Source: Eledone cirrhosa (lineage: Eukaryota). From it: 64,000 bases of DNA. Within the stretch, counting starts at the first letter, position 1. Every line of letters begins with the position of its first letter. The position numbers were made by a program, and so were the translations under genes. The stretch covers positions 290,594,001-290,658,000 of the forward strand of contig OZ024742.1 in NCBI GenBank assembly GCA_964016885.1, written 5' to 3'. Below are positions 12,606 to 25,189 of the stretch, piece by piece. Under the pieces are notes generated by a model. That model made no database searches. It saw only the letters and a program-made list of their open reading frames with translations, and was not told the origin of the DNA.

Positions 12606-15600
12606 TCATCATCATCATCATCATCATCATCGTTTAATGTCCCTGTTCCACGCTTTCATGGGTTTGGACGGGGGTTTTCCCACTTGAGGCAAGAGTGGTT
12701 GTCTTGCTCGCATAGGACTGTCTGGCGTGTTTTCTACAGCTGGATGCCCTTCCTAACACCAACCACATTTACAGTGTGGGACTGGGAGGTTTTTACCGTG
12801 TTGCCTGCACAGTCACGTTACAGCGTGGAGTGTGTGTTTTTTTGTCGTGACACCTACACGATCTCGTTTGTTTCGGCTTGGATGTTGTGGCACCAACATA
12901 ACTTTGCATTGAAGGGGGCGGTGTGGATGGGGTGGGATGGGGGTGTATTTTGTTAGAGATGCCTACTGACTAGTAGGTTTTACTTTGTATTTAGGTAAGG
13001 CGGATCTTCTCTGTTACTGAGTACCGCCAAAGGTCTCGGTCCAGTGACATTGTCTTGGAGAGGTGTAAGTGTGTGAGGTCGGAATTTATCAGCTCGTCCC
13101 AGGTTTTCCTGGGTCTGCCTACTCCGTGGCTACCATCTATCTTTATTGCCCTGCACTTTGTTATACAGCTGTCGTCTTTCATGCGCATCACGTGACCATA
13201 CCAACGTAGCCTTCTCTTGAGTAAACAACATCTGATCCCTCTTATTTCTAATTTTTTCCTTAGTTCGTTTATGCTTTGCCGTTTACGTATATTACTATTA
13301 CACATCCAGCGGAGCATGCAAGCTTCGTTTCTCTCTAGTCTGCGTATATCCTCTGCACACAATGCCCAGGTCTCACTGCCATGCAACATTGTTGGTCGTA
13401 TGCAGGCATCGTACAGCCTGCCTTTCATTTTTAGGGAGAACCCTTTAGCGGCTAATAGTGGTATAAGCTCTCTGAACTTTTTCCACCCAGTTCTGACTCT
13501 AGCTACTGTACTTTCAGAGCACCCTCCCCGACTGCTGATTTTGTCACCCAGGTAATGGAAGCTGTCCACTATTTCTATAGAATCCTCTGCGCAGTTGAAA
13601 GAGCTAGTATTTGTGGGCACTTGCTGCTATTTATTGCCCCAGAACACCGGCCACATGTAAAATCTATGTTCTTAGTTAGCTTACCTGTGATCCCACTACA
13701 TCTTTTATGCACCCAAACTTTGCATTTGGGACACAAAATGGAATTTCTACCTACGCCTTTCCTACACTCTGCGCATGGCCACTTCCCGGAGGGGACCGCC
13801 GCCTTATTTTCTTTCTTACAAACTAGAACTTTAGTCTTAGCCAGGTTAATTTTAAGGCCTTTTGATTCTAGGCCGTGCTTCCATGTTTGGAATTTCTTCT
13901 CTAGCTCGGCCATTGATTCAGCTATGAGCGTTAGATCATCTGCGTTTAGGAGTTCCCATGGGCAGCCGGTCTTGAACTCCACTGTTATAGCCTGGAGGGC
14001 AATAATAAATAGTAGGGGGCTAAGAACAGAGCCCTGATGAACACCAACTTTTACACTAAACTCTTCACTATATTCTTTGTTAATTCTAACCTTGCTGACT
14101 GTTTCTTTATACATGGCTTGTATAGCTCTCACAAGCCATTCATCAACACCTAGTTTTCTAAGAGCCCACCAGATAATGGAACGGGGGACTCTGTCGAAGG
14201 CCTTCTCCAAGTCGACGAAAGCTAAGTATAGGGGTTTACTTTTAGCTAGGTACTTCTCCTGCAGTTGTCGTACAATGAAAAGAGCGTCTGTGGTACTTTT
14301 TTCTGACACAAACCCGAACTGCATTTCATCTAGATCAATTCGCTCTCTGATTAGTTGCGCTATTACTTTTTCCGTGACCTTCATGACCTGGTCGATTAAT
14401 TTAATGCCTCTATAGTTACTCCTATCTAGGGCATCTCCTTTACCCTTATAACAGTTAACGATAATGCTGCTGCGCCAGTCCTTCGGAACAACCCCATTCT
14501 GTATGACTTGGTTGACTATCCGGGTGACCATGGTGTGTCCCACCGTACCAGATGCCTTCAGCATCTCGGCCACTATTTCCGAAGGCCCAGCCGCCTTGCC
14601 TGTCTTCATATCTTTGATTGCCTTACTTATTATACTACCCTCGACTAACACTGCTGGTCCCTCTATTGGGTCGATGTGGGGGAGACTGTTTTTCTCCCAT
14701 TTATTCTCCTCATTTAGTAGCCTTTCATAGTGACACTTCCAAGCTACCTTCTTATCGGCGTCGGTGATGGCAAGTATGCCGTCATCGTTAAGTACACACT
14801 TCTCCCCGACAATATCACTGTTTTCCTTGACACATTACCTAGCAATCCTGAACACCTCACGTTTTTGCTCCTCACGTTGTAGAACATGCTTGAACTTTCT
14901 TTCCTCTGCTTCCCTTCTTGCGAAGTACACTTGTCTCCTAGCTTCCATCCTGGCCACTTGATAGTCTTCTCTGCTTTTTTCCACAACGCCATACTTTCCA
15001 AGCCTGCTTTTGGGCCTTAATTGACCCCTCCACCTTACTGTTCCACCACCATGTTACTCTCCTCCTGCCTACAGGCCTGCTCCAGCCACAGACTTCGTCT
15101 GCCGCCGTCAGCAGGTTTGCTTTCAGGAATTCCCACTGTTCCTCTACCTTGTACGTCTCTAATTGCTCTTCCTCACTGTCGAAAGCAGCAAGTAATATGC
15201 TTTGGAATTTATTTTTGGCTGTGGGGTCCTTTAGCTTCCATATTTTTCTCCTGAGGATAGTCCTCTTCTGTTGTCTAGTACATCTCGTCCTGACTATTAG
15301 GTCGCTAATTATCAGTCTATGTTGGGAAGTGCATTCTTCATGGGGGAGGGATTTAGTGTTTACGACAGTCACTTTGTCACGTCTTCTGGTAACGATATAA
15401 TCTACCTGGCTAGTATGTTCCCCTGATCTGTAGGTGATCAAGTGATTGTCTCATTTTTTGAAGTTAGTGTTGCAGATAGTTAGGTTATTTGCGTCGCAGA
15501 ATTCCAGGATTCTGGAGCCTTCCTCATTTCTAGTACCAAACCCATAGCCTCCATGGATTTCGTCGTAGCCGTCACAATGTTGTCCAACGTGACCGTTTAG

Positions 15601-17062
15601 GTCGCCTGCAATAATTATATAGTCACTGTCGGTTATTTGGGAGGTAGTGAGCATCAGTGTCTCATAGAATCTGTCTTTTATAGTGCTGGGCAGTCCGGAT
15701 TGGGGTGCGTACGCGGATATTACTGTCACCGTAGTTCTATTGAGGACAAGTCTTATTTTAATTATTCTGTCGTTCACTCTATTTACGTCTATTATCTTAT
15801 CTGCCCACTTTTCTGCTACCATGATTCCTACTCCACCCAGCCCATTGTCGTTTCCCACCCAGAAAAGCTTATAGCATCGTTTTCTACCCACAATGTATCT
15901 AGCAGATCCACCCCTTCACCTGGACTCTTGAATACAACAAACATCGACCTCCTTACGTTCAAGCATTTCTACAACCTCGTTAGAGCGACCCTTTAAGGCG
16001 CCTACATTCAAGGTACCAAATCTGAAGTTTTGGATTGCGTTTGGGGGGTTGGAAAGGTGGGGAGCGGGGGGAGATGGGGTTATGTTAGCCATCCGCGGCC
16101 GAAACAAAGAGGCATGCTCGCATTTTCGTCCTCGAGGTGTGATTGTCTTTAACTTTGGTATTGTCGCTGAGCGTCCAGATTTTTCTCTCATCAACTCTCC
16201 GGAACTCCGTAGTCCTTCCATCCTACATATCGAAGGCGACCAGGTAAGCGATAGTATAGGCCTCTGGCTTATGATTGGTCCACGTAATAATAATGGTGGT
16301 GTGTGGGGGGCGGGAGGGAGGGGTGTTGAGTTGTTAGCGAGAAGATAGGTTTAGGTGAGAACCCCGTATTAACGAACAAAAATACAAGATTTGTTTAGTA
16401 ACTATACGTCAAAAACTTCCGTATTTTTACAAGCATGACAGAAATACAAGAGATTTGTTTTGGAAAATACATGGGGAATGGAAAGAGGAATAGAAAAAAA
16501 TGCTATGGGAAGGACTAAAAATGCTGTTGGAAGGACTGACTATGGAGTTAGGCGTATGTTAGAAGTGGTGGAAAAATGAGTACATTACATTATAACTATG
16601 AAATGAATGAAGTTACAGCCACAAGTTTGGCGAAAGTGAATTACTTTGTCTTATATATGTATCTGGGTTGGGTAGAGAGAGAGAGGGGTGGGTGGTGGTG
16701 GTGATTTGACCGCATGTTGTAGAGTGTGGTGGATGGGAAGGAGATATTAAGGCGCGGGGATTAAGAGTTTGAAATAGTAACATATATTTGAAATATTGTT
16801 AAGAGTTTGAAGTAACAAATATATTTAAAATATTTGTATATGAGAAGATAGGTTTAGGTGAGAACCCCGTATTAACGAACAAAAATACAAGATTTGTTTA
16901 GTAACTATACGTCAAAAACTTCCGTATTTTTACAAGCATGACAGAAATACAAGAGATTTGTTTTGGAAAATACATGGGGAATGGAAAGAGGAATAGAAAA
17001 AAAATGCTACATGGGGAATGGAAAGAGGAATAGAAAAAAAATGCTATGGGAAGGACTAAAAA
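12606..17062 (-). mobile_element. Near full-length, inactivated RTE-clade LINE
   Basis: Frameshifted single ORF: APE (GTLNVGALKGRS, CCIQESR, SAYAPQ, AGDLNGHVG, QVDYI, SQHRL), RT (VDLEKAFDRVP, HQGSVLSP, YADD mutated to NADD), PHD-like finger, RRLRWYGHV..R, GRPRKTW, and a (GAT)n tail at 12606-12630. Confidence 0.93.
16339..17062. repeat. ~180-bp direct repeat pair upstream of the RTE ORF
   Basis: 16339-16521 recurs at 16842-17062; the second copy has an extra internal duplication of about 39 bp. Confidence 0.85.
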
Positions 17063-17112
17063 TATATATACATATGTATATATATATATGTATATATATA
17101 TATATGTATATG

Positions 17113-17254
<142 letters not shown>

Positions 17255-18129
17255 CATATGTATATATATATATATTGGAAAATGTGTGTAATCCTTGGTA
17301 CAGTTAGGTATATTAAGACAGGGGGGAAGAAAAAATGGCTTCACTTGTGCTTTCAACAAATTTATTTTCTTCACAAAATCCAAAAAGAATTTTTTTCCGG
17401 ATTAGAAAAAAAAATTTTTTTCCTTAAAAAAAATTATTTCATAAATTAAGTTAGGTCTTAGGAGTTCTTGGTTAGCGTAGGAGGTATTGTTTCGTTTTTA
17501 GAACGACCTTTCACGCTGAGGTGCGCTTGTCAAACTGATGTGTATGTGGTGTGTTGTTCTATATATAGGGATTTGACATGTCTGTGGTGTGGTGGGAGGT
17601 TTTTTCTCCCCCTTTTTTAATAAGTGTATGGGTGTAGGTGTGTTGAAAAAGTGTTAATAGCAGTAATGAGTTGAGATGGTGAGTAGGGTTGGGTGGGGAG
17701 AAATGTAGCAAGTGCGGCCTGCCCCGGTCATTCTCGAAAAATTCCTTTATTCAGGGGATTCCTTTGTGTTGAGAATGGTCATAGGCAAATCTCACCTGCC
17801 AAGTTTGTAAACAATTATTTTTTTCTGAAGAATTTTTCTACGTCCATCCCAAAATTAGTCCTTTGTTCAACACACACATATGTGCGTATATACGTACATA
17901 CACACACGGGCATATGTAGGAATATATAGGCACACACCATCAATCACACACCCATGTACATATACATCCACATACATACACAAAAACATATAAAGGCACA
18001 TACAAAAACACATATACACATACGTCCACACACAAATATGTACTCATACCTCCACATGGGTATATATATATACATATACATACATATACACACATAAAGA
18101 TACATAACTAAATATACATATATACCCAT

Positions 18130-18182
<53 letters not shown>

Positions 18183-18280
18183 CACACACACACATATACA
18201 TATGTCCGTATATATACCTCCGTTCACACATACATGCATACACACACACACACATACACACATACATATATATACACATA

Positions 18281-19583
18281 CAGGGTGTTCGGGATAAATT
18301 TGACAGTTTCATCAGGAAAAAGAAAAAGTGCTTGGTATCTACAAAATTTATTTGATTTAAAAGAAATTCAATGGACAAGGAAATTACACTATTGTCAAAG
18401 AGTTTTACTCAAAATAACCGCCATTAGCGTCTATTACAGCCTCAATCCGGGCCTGGAACCTGGAGCAAGCTGATTTTACACTTTCCCTGGGAAGGCCCTC
18501 AAAAACTACTTTAATTTTGTCAATTAACTGGGCTTTTGTAGTACTGGCACGGCGATTGGTGTCTTTCTCTACAGCGCCCCATACATAATAGTCCATCGGG
18601 TTAAGATCAGGGGAGTTCGGAGGCCAAACATTGGGACTGGTGTAGTCGTAAAACTTGGCTGACAACCATTTTTGACTTTTCCCCGAGGTGGGGCAGAGGG
18701 CCGAATCCTGCTGCCATACATACGGCCTATTATTGGCTACCCTTGTTATCCAGGGCTTAACTACAGTGGTTAGCAATTCCACGTAGGCATCTGAATTCAA
18801 CCTGAGACCCTGTTTGAAAAAATGCGGAGGCATGACATCACCCTCGGAGGACACACATCCAAAAACCATGACAGTTTGGGAAAATTTAGTCTGCATGACT
18901 CGAGGAGTGTCCTTTGGACTGTATGCAAGTCATCTGTGATTCTGCATGTTGTGTTTTTGATCTTGGCAAAAGTTTTTCTCATCGGAAAAGAACCAGATTG
19001 TTTGTGCTTCAGCAGGATGTTTCACTTTGCTCAGAAGTTTCTTCGCCTTTGTCAGACGATTTTCGGGGGCCTTTTCTGAGAGAAGTTGACCTCTGCGACG
19101 CTTGTATGAGTAGTAGCGAAGGTCTTCATTGAGTGCAATTTTCATAGTAGAGGCTGAAACATTCAATTCACGTGACAAAGACCAAATTCCGATGCCCGGG
19201 TCCTCCAACACTTTTTTCTGCAGATTTTCGAGGAATTCTGCTGTGCGAGAGCAATCAGATCTTCTGTTATGTTTCTTTCTTCTAGCCATAGCCTCGTAGT
19301 CTCCATTGCAATTCTCCAGTTCATGCCGGATTGTTTTTACAGTGTTCAGGGAGCATTGAGCAGCGACCATAATCTCCTTATTTTGATGGCCGGCGCGAAT
19401 CATCATGATACAAGTTATTCTCTTCCATGATTCAGGTGACTCCCAGTCATCCATTCTCGTCATCACCTATATGAATGAAGGAGGGTTTAAACTTTCAAAT
19501 AAAGCCGAGTGGGCATGAATGAATTTAAAACATCTGAAAAAACAACCAAATATTATTCTGTCAAATTTATCCCGAACACCCTG
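18281..19583 (-). mobile_element. Full-length Tc1/mariner DD37D (maT) transposon with one nonsense mutation
   Basis: Perfect 26-bp TIRs CAGGGTGTTCGGGATAAATTTGACAG and TA TSDs. Transposase motifs WFFSDEK, WQQDSA and WPPNSPDLNPMDY, with 37 residues between D2 and D3. ORFs 18930-19466 and 18405-18896 are in one frame split by a TGA. Confidence 0.96.
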
Positions 19584-19608
19584 TATATATATAGAGAGAG
19601 AGAGAGGC

Positions 19609-19659
<51 letters not shown>

Positions 19660-19740
19660 CATATATGTACACATAAACACATACAGACACATACACACAT
19701 ATACATACATATACACATATACATATATCTATATATATAT

Positions 19741-19780
<40 letters not shown>

Positions 19781-19832
19781 TCACATACACATACAAGTAC
19801 ATACATACACACATACATATATACACATATAT

Positions 19833-19880
<48 letters not shown>

Positions 19881-19917
19881 CATATACATATATATACACA
19901 CATACACACACATACAT

Positions 19918-19971
<54 letters not shown>

Positions 19972-19997
19972 ACACACAAGCACATAAAGACACATAT

Positions 19998-20052
<55 letters not shown>

Positions 20053-20202
20053 TATACATACATCTACATACATACATATACACATACAGAAACATACACA
20101 TATGTACACACATACATACATATATGCACATACATACACACACACACACATATATATATAGATACATACATATACATACACACACATATAAACATATATC
20201 TC

Positions 20203-20236
<34 letters not shown>

Positions 20237-20257
20237 CACAAACATACACATACATAC

Positions 20258-20288
<31 letters not shown>

Positions 20289-20435
20289 TACACATATATA
20301 TATATATATATACACACACACATACAAACATACACACATCCATACATATATATACACACACACATACACACACCCACATACATATATACCCACACGTACA
20401 TACATCCATACATACCTACACACATATGTGTGTGT
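19584..20435. repeat. Long (TA)n/(CA)n/(TACA)n microsatellite; similar tracts at 17063-17275, 17880-18280, 21404-21617, 27956-28520, 29058-29234
   Basis: Directly visible low-complexity sequence. Confidence 0.95.
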
Positions 20436-20523
20436 CTCACCGTTCACTCAGATATTCATGTGTACACATAAGAAGAGGGGGGGGGGGGGGTAGCGAAATG
20501 GAATTTTACCTCCGAGTGTTAAT

Positions 20524-21402
20524 TCATTTTTTCGTGTTCAGTAGTGGTTTAAATTTTTCAATGAAGAATTCTTCTTTATATCTGCGGAAATGTTCGTTAT
20601 CCGACCATATCTTGAAGAAAGGGAAGATTGTGAATTTTCCCTTCCCGCATGCTGCAAAGTGTGCGCTACATGTGGTATTTCTGACTGTGGGGTCTTTAAT
20701 TTGTTGTTTATGTACCCGGACTCTATCATGTAATCCCGTTCCGGTTTCCCCAATGTAATACTCTTTACACTGTGGACATGTTGCGCAATATATTAGGTTT
20801 TTCGTTTTGCAGTTCATGTTTGCATTGACCTTGAAATTATCATGGTTTTTGAAGGACAACTGTTTGCCCTCTTCGATGAGTTCACAGGTTCCACATCTAG
20901 GGTCCCCGCATTTCGTCACTTGCATTGATTCCATGTTGGTCATAAATTTTGCCTTGGTAATTAGTTTTTTAAGGTTGGGTGCTTGGCGTCTGCTATAAAT
21001 TATCTGTGTGTTTTTTAAGAGTGCATTCATTTTGGTAGATTGCTGTAGAATCGGGAGATACTGCTTAGCAGTTTTCACAATGTTGACGTTCCCTGGGTTG
21101 TGAGTGATGACAAAAGCGATAGCAGGGTTTTCTTTTTTATGTTGTGGGTTTGGTTTTCTCAGTGTTGTTATTGGGATGTTCTTAGCCTTGGAGATGGCTG
21201 CGTTGATGAGTTTCATCAGGTATTCTTGTTTTTTAAGGAATTTTTTCAGGTCATAATCTTTTTTCTTGTAGTACGGGGTGTGTTGCTATAGTGCAGATGC
21301 GCCTTGCCATGTTGAAGGGAATGTTCCTTTTCGTATGTGAGGGGTGTGCTGACCGGAAATTTAAGTATTGGTGTGTGTCAGTGGGTTTGCAAAATAGGTC
21401 CG

Positions 21403-21403
<1 letters not shown>
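20524..21403 (-). mobile_element. Penelope-like element 3' fragment (RT thumb and GIY-YIG endonuclease)
   Basis: [26 protein letters not shown], then KCGDPRCGTC, NLIYCATCPQCKEYYIGET, RVRVH and EEFFIEKFKPLLN. 5' end lies in (TA)n. Confidence 0.92.
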
Positions 21404-21449
<46 letters not shown>

Positions 21450-21480
21450 GTATATATATATATATGTATATATATATATG

Positions 21481-21525
<45 letters not shown>

Positions 21526-21540
21526 GTATATATATATGTT

Positions 21541-21600
<60 letters not shown>

Positions 21601-21719
21601 CATATGTATATATATATAGCGGCGATGAATTAGTTTAGCGAGGTTTTTTATATGAAATCGTGTGTCGAAACAGATATTGTTATACTTGGGGAGGGTCATA
21701 TTTGCGTAATATTGCCAGA

Positions 21720-23010
21720 ATTAATAACAGAACACACTCACTGTTTGGTTGGTTTTCGCTTCTCGCTGTCTTTTATATCTGCGATCTAACTTACTCGGTC
21801 CTCAATGTTGCCATTGACTGACCGACGGTCAAAAATAATACAGATACAATATAGACACAAACACATATATATAGTTTACATAATTTACATAAATCTTTCG
21901 TTGCACATCTGCAACATCGTCAGTGGTGTTATATTCTTTGTTCCTCCTGTTGTGTTGTATGTCTACGCCATTTTTTATTCAGTCTGTCTATATATTTATT
22001 TATTTATTTGCTTGTTTGTTTATCTTATTTTATTTTGTCTTCTTTGCGCATGCGTTTGCGTGTGTGTATAGTGTTATGTGTGCTGTGTGACTAGTGTGTA
22101 TAGTGTTGTGTCTGCTGGGTGACTAGTGTGTGTTTATGTGCTTGTTGTTATTGTGCTTGTGTATGTATTTATTTATCTTATTTTAATTTATTTTATTTAC
22201 TTATTTATACTTCTCTTAGGTCAGTGTTGTTTGTTTGGGTGTTGTTGTTGTTCCACTCATTCTTTCTGTTTAGCTTTGGTCTTCTAATTTCTATTTCACT
22301 GGCCTCTCTGATTTGCCTATCTGCTGGGTCATTCCTATGTTTAGATATTATTCTAATTTCTATGTTGTCTATGTTACCGTTGTGTTGTTGTCTAGCATGT
22401 TCGTATAGTACTGACCCGTTTTTTCGTCCTTTTAGTTCCCCCCAGTGTTGGTCTATCCTTTCACCTATGCTACGAGCTGTCTCACCTATGTATGTTGTTG
22501 TCATGTTTCTGCAAGTACCCTCTGTACATCTTATGCTATAGACTACGTTTCTAGTTTTACAGTTTATCTGGGGGTTCACCTTACATATGATACATTTCCT
22601 ATTGGTACAGTGGGTTTTCTTAAAGTGGGTCTCCTACTTAGACTTACCTACGACACTGACTACCTAGACAGCCATGACCTTAGATGTTTCTGCCCTAGTA
22701 GACCTATAAGAGGTAGACCCCCCACCATAACCTCAATGGCTAAAAAGACTCCCATAGGAAGGTGGATTGGGTGGACCAAAGCTATACGGACCCCCCAAAA
22801 CACTGATCAGGTAAGAAAAATGGTCGCACATGCAATAGGGGCTAGTATCAAAACTACACTAAAGGGCCACATATTTAAGTTCAATGAGAAAATCTACACC
22901 CAAAATGAGGGAGCAGCCATCGGCGTCAGCATAGCTGGTGATGTTGCCAACCTTTTCATGGTATGGTGGGAAAGGAGACTTAAAGATCTCCTTAATGAAA
23001 GCTCCATAGA
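21720..23010 (-). mobile_element. Second Penelope-like element: GIY-YIG and 3' UTR (-), with an inverted RT fragment (+, about 22580-23010)
   Basis: NVVYSIRC...TYIGETARSIGERIDQH...EASEIEIRRPKLN at 22205-22579 (-), abutting HIFKFNEKIYTQNEGAAIGVSIAGDVANLFM (PLE RT motif B region, +). Confidence 0.85.
21887..21927 (-). ncRNA. Minimal type I hammerhead ribozyme in the Penelope 3' UTR
   Basis: Minus strand CA-CUGACGA-U-GUUGCA(GAUG)UGCAAC-GAAA-GAUUUA-UG: intact core, perfect 6-bp stem II, weak stem I. Confidence 0.7.
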
Positions 23011-23206
23011 CCTCATCATGTATTACTATTCATAGTAATACATAGTAATAGACCTCATCATATATTACTATTACACATCCATCAGAGCATGCAGGCTTCG
23101 CTTCTCTCTAATCTACGCAATTCTTCCACAGACAGCGCCCAGGTCTCACTACCACGTAACATTTCTGTTCGAATACACCACATCATATATATTTATATGT
23201 ATATAT

Positions 23207-24353
23207 CTATCATCATCATCATCATCATCATCACCGTTTTACGTCCGTTCTTCCACGCTAGCATGGGTTAGACGGGTTGTCCTGTTGTGGGCAGTGTCTG
23301 GTCGGCTGACCATGCCTTGCTCATACAGGAACTGATCTGGCTTGATTTCTACAGCTGGATGCCCTTCCTAACACCAACCTCATTTACAGTGAGTGCTGGG
23401 TGCTTTTTCGTGGCGCCTACACGTCCACTTTACAGTGTGGGCTGGGTGCTTTTTTGCCGTGGCACCTCCACGGCCACCTTGCGGTGGAGGGGGGGGGGCA
23501 TATTGTTTATATGCTTCAGCATGTACCCATGGGAGGTCGGGTACCCTGTATTACTGCGTGACGCCAGAAGTCACGGTCGTGTGTCATTGACTTTGAGAGG
23601 TGTAGTTGGGTAAGGTCGGCTTTTATCACCTCATCCCAAGTCATCTTGGGTCTCCCCACTCCGCGGTTTCCATCAACTTCTAGTGCTCTGCACCTTTTTA
23701 TGCAGCTGTCATCCTTCATACGCATCACATGTCCATACCAGCGTAACCGCCTCTCCTGCACGCAGCATTTGATTCCTCTTATGCTCAGTCTCTCTCTCAA
23801 TTCCTTTATGCTTTGTCGTTCACGTATATTACTGTTACACATCCATCGGAGCATGCAGGCTTCGTTTCTCTCTAATCTACGTAAGTCTTCCACCTTCAGC
23901 GCCCAGGTCTCACTACCATGCAACATCGCTGTTCGGATACACGCATCATACAGTCTGCCTTTCATTCTGAGGGAGAAGCCTTTTGCAGCTAGCAGTGGTA
24001 GTAGTTCCCTAAACTTCTTCCATCCCGTTCTTACCCTAGTTATTGTACTTTCTGAGCACCCACCTCCGTTGCTAATTCGGTCACCTAGGTAGCAGAAGCT
24101 GTCTACTGTTTCTACAGGGCCCTCCCAGAGATTGGTGGTACTTGTTTCCTGTGGCTGTTTGCTTGCTGTTTCAGCACAGCTGCTGCATGTGAATCCTACA
24201 TTCTTAATTAAGCTTCCTGAGATCCCGCTACATCTCTTGTGTACCCATTGTTTGCATTTGGGGCAGAGAATGGAGTTTCTACCTACACCTTTCCTACATA
24301 CTGAGCAAGGCCATTTCCCTGAGGGGATCTGGGTTCTGTTTTCTCGTCTACTT
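23207..24353 (-). mobile_element. Young 5'-truncated RTE LINE copy
   Basis: Open frame from the PHD-like finger to the C-terminus with a (GAT)n tail; nearly identical to 31037-32175. Confidence 0.92.
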
Positions 24354-24380
24354 GTATATATATATATATATATATATATA

Positions 24381-24545
24381 TAACGAAGGAAGTGTGGTAA
24401 GGAACCAGATGGACCATACCGCACCAGAGTACTCAATACTTAGGATAGTAGAGTGGGTAATAGGAATATGATTAACCCTGACGGCAGAGCTCAAGCCGTT
24501 TTGGTGGCTATTTCTGGACTCAGAAATAGCTGTTGAGGGTTAAAC
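24381..24545 (-). mobile_element. Small non-coding (TA)n-flanked repeat with a degenerate hammerhead fold
   Basis: Homologous to 28665-28847 and 28866-29056. Minus strand has AACCCT/AGGGTT stem I, GCTATTTCT/AGAAATAGC stem II, and GGC..GCC stem III followed by GTC; the CUGANGA core is eroded. Confidence 0.55.
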
Positions 24546-24567
24546 ATTTTCCTATATATATATATAT

Positions 24568-24717
24568 CAGGGGTGGAGAGTCCGAGCATGCAATGCATGC
24601 AGTGTATGTGTTATAGAATCTTGAGCTGATCAATTGCGTCGGTTGAAGCAAGCAGAAGTTTGGCTGCTTACTAAAACGTATAGACACAAAAAAAGATAAC
24701 ACACACACACACACACA

Positions 24718-24758
<41 letters not shown>

Positions 24759-24984
24759 CAGCTTTGGGGCAAGCAGAATTTTGACTGCTTACTAAATCGT
24801 AGACACATAAAAAGATAACACACACACTAGATAACACTACATGCGGCTTTGACCGGGAGGGTCATTTAGAGGGAATTGGTGGTGGTGGTGGTAGTGGTGG
24901 TGGTGGTGGTGGTGGGGGGGGGGTGGGCTAAGGCTGCACAGCCCCACTTTCCACCATGGCGATTGGACTGCATGCCCTGCTTTC
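24568..24984. mobile_element. Probable non-autonomous hAT-like MITE
   Basis: Imperfect CAG-ended TIRs (CAGGGGTGGAG / CTTCGCCACTG) between (TA)n tracts. Confidence 0.4.
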
Positions 24985-25107
24985 CAGGTTACCCTTCGCC
25001 ACTGATATATATATATGTATGTAAAAGGTAAACAGAAATAACAACACAATCGGTACAGTATATGGAAGGTATATATTAGTTTAACGCTTGATGTAGCTGG
25101 AAGAGGG

Positions 25108-25143
25108 TCTTAACGTTTCGGACGCTAGTCCTTCATCAGAAGA
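25108..25143 (-). ncRNA. Minimal type I hammerhead ribozyme (PLE-type)
   Basis: Minus strand UCUU-CUGAUGA-A-GGAC(UAGC)GUCC-GAAAC-GUU-AAGA: intact core, 4-bp stems I and II, and a palindromic ACGU stem III as in dimeric PLE hammerheads. Confidence 0.8.
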
Positions 25144-25189
25144 AAGAATGAGAAATAAAATAGATTAAGGGGACGGGCGGGATGGAATT

